Sequence record: MN871445.1
Direction: 5' to 3' (one strand)
Length of the DNA stretch: 64,000 nucleotides
Shown: piece after piece, positions 57,079 to 64,000 of the stretch
How the letters are laid out: each line of letters starts with the position of its first letter
Numbering within the stretch: position 1 is the stretch's first letter
The notes under the pieces: model-generated
Databases searched by the model: none
The model's input: the letters and a program-made list of their open reading frames with translations, nothing else
Told to the model about the DNA's origin: nothing
Position numbers and translations under genes: made by a program

Positions 57079-57118
57079 CAACATATTGGGAGGGCTTTCG
57101 CCCTCCCTTTTATGCCGT
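57079..57118. terminator. bidirectional hairpin with CATA/TATG flanks
   Basis: caacatatt-gggagggc-tttc-gccctccc-ttttatgccg. Confidence 0.8.
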
Positions 57119-60061
57119 CGTAGTGCTAGCAGTGCTGGTTAAATGATTATAAAAGTTTACTGTAATGTCATCTTGCACTTGAAGTGTGCCGTCAGACAGT
57201 GTGGTCAATTTACGTTTGATGGATGGCCTGGTGACGTTGTCTTGGGCTGTGAAGACAGTAATGTCTTTATTTGGCCCAACGGGATAAACGTACACCGCCA
57301 ATGCATCATCACCGAGTGCTGTTCCAATATCAGCACCTACCGCATCAATGCTGAAGGTAGCATCACTAAGCGCCGTATAGATCACCGAATGCACTTTATC
57401 TTTCATCGAAGCAATCAGACTTTCACTGTTGTAATTGGTGGAAGTCAGATATACATCTACTTGGAAAGACAGATTACTATCGATAGTCTGGGTTTCGCCA
57501 GCACCAACAATAACTGTGGTATCACCCAAGGTGGTTTGGGGGATGTAATAAAGTGCAGTATTTTCCAGTAAGGAATCATTCAGTCCGGTAATGGTTTCCA
57601 GATAAGACAGCACCGAAGTTGGTAACGATTTGCGATAGGCCACGCCATTGACATCTGTTGCAAAATAGAACAACCCGTCAACTACGCAGATATCAATTTG
57701 GCGCGCGATTGCCCGTGCCCCTAACTCCACAGGAGAGCCATCTACCATCACCACATCGGTTGGCTCGTGTAATACAATCCGGTTACCGGTCGAATCCAGG
57801 ACGTAGTCTCCTTTGCGATGCAGAATTTCAGCCAGGTATGTTCCATCTGACTGTTGTACCAGTTCGATGTCACCTGCTGAGTTAGTCAAATAAATATCTT
57901 CATCGTAAGTCGAGTATACGGTAATCCCGTAAGTCTGGTATTGAACGGAATCCTTGACCGTTCTAGAGGACCGCCACAGGTAGGTCATCGCTGTACCGAA
58001 CTGTAGCGCCACCGATTCCTGTACCACGCCGAGAGTAGTGCTTGGAACTTGCTCAGTGTAGACAAAATTATCAATGTCTGAACCGGTAATGGTTGATGTA
58101 TCCAAACCAGATAGTTCCCAGACTAAATAAAAAGTCTGAGTTAGTGTCGCCATGGTTTTGATTATTTCACCATTATACATACTAAATCCAGTCATCTCCA
58201 TATTGTCATTAGCGTCAATATAGAACGTCGGATTTAATTGAAACTGCCAACAACGTTCACCGTTGATCGTCCCAATCAACGTACCCGTCATGTAGGCATA
58301 ATCCGATTCACCCACAGGCAAATATGCTAACTGCAGATGGCATTGATCGTCACTGAGATTTTTGTAGTTGGCATCAGACGCCGCAACCACAGTCAATGTG
58401 TAACCCGTAGATGACCGACTAATCGCAATACTACCAGTAGCAATTGAATACGCAATCGTTGGGTTTTCGGCAATAAAGTTTCTAGCCGAAATGGCTGGGG
58501 AGTCAAGGTAATACGGTCGCAGTGCGAAAGTATTGTTGGCAGTATCTAAAACATAATGCCACGGGGTGTAGACAACCTTACCTATATCAGCCCCCAAAGC
58601 AGCGACCAAATCATCGTAAGCTTTGTTGTTCCATAATGAAATATAAGACTGATAATCAGCTTCTGGCAACATGGTCAGTACGCCGCTTGTAATTCTAAAC
58701 AGCGTGGACGGGGTAATAGTAATTGATGTATTGTTGTCAATCACCGTGCTGCGGGTGATTAACGACTCCATGGTATCTTCCATCGTGTACACCGCAGCAC
58801 CCGCCCCGGACTTAAGTACGGAAGTATCATCGGGGGTAGGTAGCATTCTGGAAGCTGCGTAAGTACGGGAGGTGATGATGTCTTTTGTTTTAATAACATT
58901 GAAATCATCTAACGTCAATGCCGTTTCCAGTTGACCGATGGTGATTGGCGTGTCTACCTTGGTGTTTTTCATGATGACCTGCTCACGTAAAACATCAAAG
59001 CCAATCGGTGATGTTCCGCCAGAGGTAGTATCATCAGAATAAATCGGCGTATCTATACTCGCCAAAGGTGCCGTGTAAACGGTATCAGTCGCATCGTAAT
59101 CATTAAATACAGCACTGAAACTGGAGGTGCTATAATTCGACAAATTGATGTTGGACGGGCCTTTGGTGGTATAAATGTCAACACGAATTTGACTTCCCAC
59201 CAAACCAGTGGTCTGGTAGATTTGCGGAATGCTGACTTGTAATTTATTCGTCCCGACGGATAATACTGCGGTTACCGTGCTGGCATCAAATACCTGGTCC
59301 GAATGCGTGGTCTGATACTCGGTCCAGGTAGTGCCGTCAGTAGACCCATAAACCCGACAATAGTAGTAATTGTCCGTGAGGGTATACGTTTTATTGAATG
59401 GTGCCGAAGACGTCATCTGTGATGTAAAGTGACTCAGGGTGAACTGTTTGAGCGGAACGACAATATCAATCCAGTCCTCGTAAGCACTATCATCACCGCT
59501 TTTCAAACTTTTAATTGACCAAGATACCAGGTTAGATACCAGAGACTCCATTGGGGATATGATATCGTTGGTATACACCACTTGGAAACTTCCATGAGGC
59601 ATTAAACGAATATCGATAGGGTATTCCAACCCAAAGTTATAGGAATCGACCGTGACCTGTGTATTGCGTGGAATGACGATTTTCGATACGCCAGTGTCGC
59701 CAACCGGCACTACATTTTTCTTGACGCTTGCCACCTTTAATAAAAAGTGGAATGTTGCGGTGTCCGGGGTGCTGAACCGATTAAGGTAATCGGTATCGGT
59801 CATATGCAAATAAAGGTCTTCTTGTGTAGTCGCCAATGCGGGATACATTTTACGATATACTGTATCCATTTCGTTCATGCAAGCGGCTGTCCCACACGCA
59901 TTTGCTTCCAGCAAAAAGATAAATGGGTTTGTGGCATCCACGATGTCGATGTCGCCGGAATATGCTGCCTCTACGGCATTTAGTTGATATTGCTGCACCA
60001 TCGCCGGATTACTCCGCACATTGGTGATATTAGCGATTAGGTCGCTGGCTTTATAAGACAT
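57110..60061 (-). CDS. large baseplate wedge protein (phiKZ gp87-like / T4 gp6-like)
   Basis: about 980 aa, Thr/Ser-rich beta content, GG..(P)..FD.LRE.VI BppB/gp6-type motif; GGAG RBS before ATG 60061. Confidence 0.65.
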   Translation of the reverse strand: MSYKASDLIANITNVRSNPAMVQQYQLNAVEAAYSGDIDIVDATNPFIFLLEANACGTAACMNEMDTVYRKMYPALATTQEDLYLHMTDTDYLNRFSTPDTATFHFLLKVASVKKNVVPVGDTGVSKIVIPRNTQVTVDSYNFGLEYPIDIRLMPHGSFQVVYTNDIISPMESLVSNLVSWSIKSLKSGDDSAYEDWIDIVVPLKQFTLSHFTSQMTSSAPFNKTYTLTDNYYYCRVYGSTDGTTWTEYQTTHSDQVFDASTVTAVLSVGTNKLQVSIPQIYQTTGLVGSQIRVDIYTTKGPSNINLSNYSTSSFSAVFNDYDATDTVYTAPLASIDTPIYSDDTTSGGTSPIGFDVLREQVIMKNTKVDTPITIGQLETALTLDDFNVIKTKDIITSRTYAASRMLPTPDDTSVLKSGAGAAVYTMEDTMESLITRSTVIDNNTSITITPSTLFRITSGVLTMLPEADYQSYISLWNNKAYDDLVAALGADIGKVVYTPWHYVLDTANNTFALRPYYLDSPAISARNFIAENPTIAYSIATGSIAISRSSTGYTLTVVAASDANYKNLSDDQCHLQLAYLPVGESDYAYMTGTLIGTINGERCWQFQLNPTFYIDANDNMEMTGFSMYNGEIIKTMATLTQTFYLVWELSGLDTSTITGSDIDNFVYTEQVPSTTLGVVQESVALQFGTAMTYLWRSSRTVKDSVQYQTYGITVYSTYDEDIYLTNSAGDIELVQQSDGTYLAEILHRKGDYVLDSTGNRIVLHEPTDVVMVDGSPVELGARAIARQIDICVVDGLFYFATDVNGVAYRKSLPTSVLSYLETITGLNDSLLENTALYYIPQTTLGDTTVIVGAGETQTIDSNLSFQVDVYLTSTNYNSESLIASMKDKVHSVIYTALSDATFSIDAVGADIGTALGDDALAVYVYPVGPNKDITVFTAQDNVTRPSIKRKLTTLSDGTLQVQDDITVNFYNHLTSTASTTTA

Positions 60062-60075
60062 GGGAAAACGCTCCA

Positions 60076-61215
60076 TTAAGAGGTGGAGGTAGTCGTCGTA
60101 ATCGACTCGTATTCGGAGGGGGTTAACCACCAGGTTAATTCATTCGTGGCCAGATTGATATATGGTAACGCCATGTAGTTATATTTCTTGACTTCATCCG
60201 TGGTCAGCTGTTTCAGTGAAGACGGTCCGGTTAAATCACCGGTGGTCATATTCACTTTAATGTTTCCCATCGGAGAATACCAATCAGCAACCAGGTCATT
60301 GAACTCTTTTAGTACAATGGGGTCATTGTATTCCGCACCAATGCAGGTAAACGGAACTGATATCTGTTGGTTGTTGAAGTTATAGGGTCGGGTAGCATCA
60401 AAGTTAAATGCAGCGCCCATGGGTGTTGATGTCGGAAATGCAGCACCCGTATTTGCCCACTTCTGAATGTATCGCCTGCCCGGGTCTAACACAAACATAT
60501 AAATTCGAGTTTGGTAATCAACTTCATTATCCACAACCTGATCCGGGTAGGGTGTCATGATGTTGTTGTAGATATTTGAGGCGTATGTACACCAGGAATC
60601 AATCAACAATGATATAGGATCTCCCGGAACGTTTGTGAAGTTGGCCTGGAGGTTAAAAACTCCTACCTGTTTATAGATTCCGTCAACCTGGGCGGTTGAT
60701 TCACGCCATATGCCCGAGGGCGAGGTCCAGTAATCTAACACTGGGTCGGGCCATCCCGATAACGATATTAACGTGTTGGTTAATAACGGCATAAAAGGAA
60801 GTCGTGGGTCGACCAGCGGAGTAGTGATTCCACGAGATACTTCTCCAACGTGGTCCAGATAACAGCGGACAGCTCGCTGTAAAGTCATTGGTTCGTTGGT
60901 ACCTAATTGGGACATCTTTCTATCTTGTCCCAGGTTATCGTACGTTAGACAGCATCTCGGGCGGGTCATAAATGCAATCCCGGAGTTGTCCAGGTTAGAA
61001 ACAACGGGGTTACCCATGCCTCTGAAATTCAGACCACGCATGAGATACATATTTGAGCGTTTAAGGTCGCCATAGCCACTTTCACGGGTAATAGACTCTA
61101 CTTCTTTCAACCAGTCTGTCTGAATTGTAGTCTGGTTGACATCAGTACGGTATACACCGGTAGTATCTTCGGCCGACGTGTACGCAGTCAAGGGAAGTGT
61201 TCCTGAATTTGCCAT
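60076..61215 (-). CDS. baseplate hub / tail-tube-like protein (phiKZ gp88-like)
   Basis: GLAFMTRP-like block (GIAFMTRP), LL.NTL.SLSGWPD and Y..RIY.FVLD blocks; operon with the wedge gene. Confidence 0.6.
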   Translation of the reverse strand: MANSGTLPLTAYTSAEDTTGVYRTDVNQTTIQTDWLKEVESITRESGYGDLKRSNMYLMRGLNFRGMGNPVVSNLDNSGIAFMTRPRCCLTYDNLGQDRKMSQLGTNEPMTLQRAVRCYLDHVGEVSRGITTPLVDPRLPFMPLLTNTLISLSGWPDPVLDYWTSPSGIWRESTAQVDGIYKQVGVFNLQANFTNVPGDPISLLIDSWCTYASNIYNNIMTPYPDQVVDNEVDYQTRIYMFVLDPGRRYIQKWANTGAAFPTSTPMGAAFNFDATRPYNFNNQQISVPFTCIGAEYNDPIVLKEFNDLVADWYSPMGNIKVNMTTGDLTGPSSLKQLTTDEVKKYNYMALPYINLATNELTWWLTPSEYESITTTTSTS

Positions 61216-61255
61216 CGATAAAACCTTTTCTTTTTTGACTATAAGGGGTTACACC

Positions 61256-62371
61256 ATGCCATTACCACTCTTGCCCGCAGTGGCGGGTGCCGGTTCCATG
61301 ATCACAATATTGGGCGCTATTAAAAAGGCCATGGCAGCCGGTAAAGGCGTTTTGGCGGCGAACGCTAAAGAGACGAGCCTGGTCGAATATACGCGAGGTA
61401 CTCGTGCTGAATTCGTTACTTTATTAGAAGACAGTTTGTCCGCGCTGCCGTACATCGACGTCATTTTGCAGAACTCGCTTAGCCTTTGCACCGCGTATTA
61501 CCTTCAGGCCGCTGCAGTGGACACCACAGTATCCGGCGTTCGTGTAGTTGACCGCCTGAATAAAATCAACCCTAACCGTTATGGTAGTGTTGGTAAAGTC
61601 ATTTCCGCTACCATGGAAGGGATCGACAACGATGCTGAACTTCCAAACTATCTTTCTATGGAAGCTGCGGGTAGTCCGGCTGCTAAAGTAGAAGGCTATG
61701 GTGGCGTTGTTGGCGGTAAGCTCGGTGATACCATCAAAGCTTACGATTCGATGTTGGTTGGTAAAAACGTCGAAGTATCAATCATTGAAAATGGCCAGAA
61801 GGCCGTTATTCCAGTTACAGTGCGGCTGAATGTGCTGGGTGCGTCTGGTAATGAAATTACCGATATCCTGGCCCTGTCTTCAGGCGATGTAGCAAGTAAA
61901 GTCTACAACTACCGTTTCCGTCCCGGTACGCTGGCAGCTATTCGCGAAATGCTGCTTTGCGATAATCAAGTTAATCTGCATCGCAAAACGCTGCTGAAAG
62001 AAAAATCGGGTTTTTATGCTGCGACTTTGAAACGTCGGGCAGAAAATAAACTCGCCGCTCTCGCGTCCGGTGAAGTGTCTTTAGCGGCAGCCAGTAGTCT
62101 CATCATCATTAGTAAAGAAACCCAGCTGAAAGTTGAAGCAGCTCTGGGTGGTAAGCTGGACAATGATCGCATTCGTGAAATCATTTTCCAAACCACTTCA
62201 TCCATGATTCTCGCCGTGGTTGATACCAAATGGGAAGAGGTCACCATGTACGTTAAGTCGCAAGACCTGCCGTACGAAGCACCGGTCTCTCGCCTGAAAC
62301 AACTGAACAAAGATGGTGGTGAAGGCATTCTGGACGCCATGCAGAAACTGCTGGCCGGCAAACCGCTCTAA
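61256..62371 (+). CDS. virion head protein (phiKZ gp89-like)
   Basis: AAGGGG RBS before ATG 61256; LSME site. Confidence 0.6.
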   Translation: MPLPLLPAVAGAGSMITILGAIKKAMAAGKGVLAANAKETSLVEYTRGTRAEFVTLLEDSLSALPYIDVILQNSLSLCTAYYLQAAAVDTTVSGVRVVDRLNKINPNRYGSVGKVISATMEGIDNDAELPNYLSMEAAGSPAAKVEGYGGVVGGKLGDTIKAYDSMLVGKNVEVSIIENGQKAVIPVTVRLNVLGASGNEITDILALSSGDVASKVYNYRFRPGTLAAIREMLLCDNQVNLHRKTLLKEKSGFYAATLKRRAENKLAALASGEVSLAAASSLIIISKETQLKVEAALGGKLDNDRIREIIFQTTSSMILAVVDTKWEEVTMYVKSQDLPYEAPVSRLKQLNKDGGEGILDAMQKLLAGKPL

Positions 62372-62384
62372 GAGGTTAACGGAC

Positions 62385-63296
62385 ATGAGCTTATTTGATT
62401 TTGTAAAAGGCATCACCCAGAAATTCGAGCGTAACGAGGTCTATGACGATATCGACCAACTGCGTAAATTTCTGACGGGCGATCTGGGCGCCAAATATAA
62501 AGACGTCGCTAAACAGTTTGCGCGTGGAGGCTTTGATTCCCCTTACGCCAAGAAAGTTACCGACGTCTACGTTTCAGCTATCAATGACCGTCGACCAACT
62601 GAAAACTACCTGGTGTATACCTCGGAAGTGTTGGAAAAAATGGCGGGGCACACCAAAGTACTGCGTGAGCTGGCTGCAACTCATCTGAACAATACCGTTC
62701 AAAAAGACGGGCTATCGTTTACGGCGTCTTATCTCCTACAGGTCATTACTGTAGCTGATTTCGTCGTTGAATACGCCAGCCGTAATCTGTATGCGACGAT
62801 GGCTAATCTAGCATATCAGAACTCTAAAGGCGATACACTAGTTGCCCCTCAGTTAGTCCCAGCTGAAATTTCTTGGTTGGACGATAACTGCCGTGCATTC
62901 TTCACGGCGTTGAAATTGTTCGATGTTGACTCCGCCACGTTGAAACGTAAATTGAATTCTGTACCGGACATGGTCCCGGATATGGCTGATTTCCAGGCCA
63001 TCGCAGAAACGGTCGGTGTTTATACATTGGACCCACTCGGCGTCGGTTTTGTAGAAACCCGTCAAGGTAATCCGTTGCTGCAATTCCGTCTTTGGGTAGC
63101 TAACCGTCAGGTTGCCAAGTATCGTGCGATGGAAGCTGAAATGCAGGCGATTGAGCTGCGTCTGCTGCAACTGAAATATCAGACGGCGGGCAAACCCGAT
63201 CCGGCCGTAGACCAGGAAGTGCGGTATGCGGAAGAGCATCTGTCTTCTTTATATTCTAAGAAGGCCAAGCTTGACGAAAAATACGGGCTGGTCTGA
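62385..63296 (+). CDS. virion protein (phiKZ gp90-like)
   Basis: GAGG RBS before ATG 62385; C-terminal coiled coil. Confidence 0.6.
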   Translation: MSLFDFVKGITQKFERNEVYDDIDQLRKFLTGDLGAKYKDVAKQFARGGFDSPYAKKVTDVYVSAINDRRPTENYLVYTSEVLEKMAGHTKVLRELAATHLNNTVQKDGLSFTASYLLQVITVADFVVEYASRNLYATMANLAYQNSKGDTLVAPQLVPAEISWLDDNCRAFFTALKLFDVDSATLKRKLNSVPDMVPDMADFQAIAETVGVYTLDPLGVGFVETRQGNPLLQFRLWVANRQVAKYRAMEAEMQAIELRLLQLKYQTAGKPDPAVDQEVRYAEEHLSSLYSKKAKLDEKYGLV

Positions 63297-63311
63297 TAAA
63301 GGAGCACCATC

Positions 63312-63806
63312 ATGGCTATGCCGTACACGCGTATTTATTCCATCGGTTATACTCGCACTACTACGGATGCGGGTTCCATCATGGAACTCAATTCGGATAG
63401 TGAGGCGATTGCTCTGTTTGAGCAGTTAGCCCAAGGTGATGTGGGTCTGAGTAATTGGCCGTATACCAGAAACGCTATTACCTGTGCCAGTCGATTATTC
63501 GGTTCCGATCTCCAAGAATGGTTCGATTCCCAGGCATCGAATGACCGACTGACCGCCAATGCCCGTGGATTGCTCAATGACACCATCGGTTACATTAATA
63601 CGGGCAATCGCAAGGTGTCCTTGCAGTCATGGGCTCGCATCTTAATGCGTGAGCAGGATATGGACTTACCTAAAGGTCCAGGCAAAATTGAAGTCATTAC
63701 CGACCTCAAAACAAATGCACTCACTCAGTGGCTTCGTCACGACCGTGGGCTTATCGACCTGGTAACCACCATGAATATTTTATTCGGGAAAGGGGTTAGC
63801 CAGTAA
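63312..63806 (+). CDS. conserved hypothetical protein (phiKZ gp91-like)
   Basis: AAGGAG RBS; 164 aa. Confidence 0.65.
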   Translation: MAMPYTRIYSIGYTRTTTDAGSIMELNSDSEAIALFEQLAQGDVGLSNWPYTRNAITCASRLFGSDLQEWFDSQASNDRLTANARGLLNDTIGYINTGNRKVSLQSWARILMREQDMDLPKGPGKIEVITDLKTNALTQWLRHDRGLIDLVTTMNILFGKGVSQ

Positions 63807-63895
63807 GATAGTATGCTTTTGACGGTTGTTATTTCGACCGTCGCAAACGACATGTCTATTTGAGTTATAACGTTAACGTTTAAAGGATAAATACC

Positions 63896-64000
63896 ATGGT
63901 AATGAAATTGAAAGGTCGCCGTATTAGCCTGGAAGAGCTGGCTGAAGGCAACGTAGACGCAGGCGCCGCGGATGCAGTTGCAGCAGGCGACATCGAAACC
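63896..64000 (+). CDS. internal head / inner-body-type protein, N-terminal fragment
   Basis: AAGGA RBS; MVMKLKGRRISLEELAEGNVDAGAADAVAAGDIET has an S-L-E site and an acidic propeptide; runs off the window. Confidence 0.65.
   Translation, partial: MVMKLKGRRISLEELAEGNVDAGAADAVAAGDIET

Noticed and set aside
808-57118. GGGAGG-N-CCTCCC hairpins as a CRISPR array or REP/MITE family
   Set aside because: They are dispersed singly at gene ends, with no regular spacers and no cas or transposase genes.
1-64000. tRNA genes, group I introns, inteins, reverse transcriptase, stop-codon reassignment
   Set aside because: No cloverleaf was recognised, and no HNH/LAGLIDADG, Hint or YxDD motif was seen. Core genes are full length under the standard code. 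A tRNAscan/Infernal run would be needed to exclude RNAs formally.

Overview
This window is part of a lytic, nucleus-forming jumbo phage genome (phiKZ-related, Chimalliviridae-like). Codon use in its highly expressed genes suggests a gammaproteobacterial, probably enterobacterial, host; that is an inference. About 1-16 kb is an accessory region of small early genes, membrane proteins, a SLOG/DprA-like protein, a SNF2 helicase and several tandem paralog families. About 16-64 kb is the conserved core. It holds PhuZ tubulin, an 11-gene coupled array of small acidic proteins, both halves of a split family-B DNA polymerase, chimallin (ChmA), ChmC and PicA/Imp1. It also holds four non-virion RNAP subunits, an SbcD-like nuclease, an SF2 helicase, one virion RNAP subunit, and baseplate and internal-head proteins. 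The phage-nucleus system itself is already known. Candidate new signals are: (1) a U-UUU-UUU -1 frameshift that could fuse two core genes in the style of the G/GT tail-assembly chaperone; (2) a recurrent CATA-hairpin-TATG element at gene ends; (3) a candidate structured minus-strand ncRNA near 10.1-10.3 kb; (4) a structured chmA leader; (5) a G-tract-rich element upstream of phuZ; and (6) several paralog arrays. No database search was run. Family calls rest on recognisable motifs and synteny recalled from phiKZ-like phages, so phiKZ gp numbers are approximate. Many start codons were moved to the RBS-supported ATG/GTG. No tRNA, rRNA, CRISPR array, integrase or intron was recognised.
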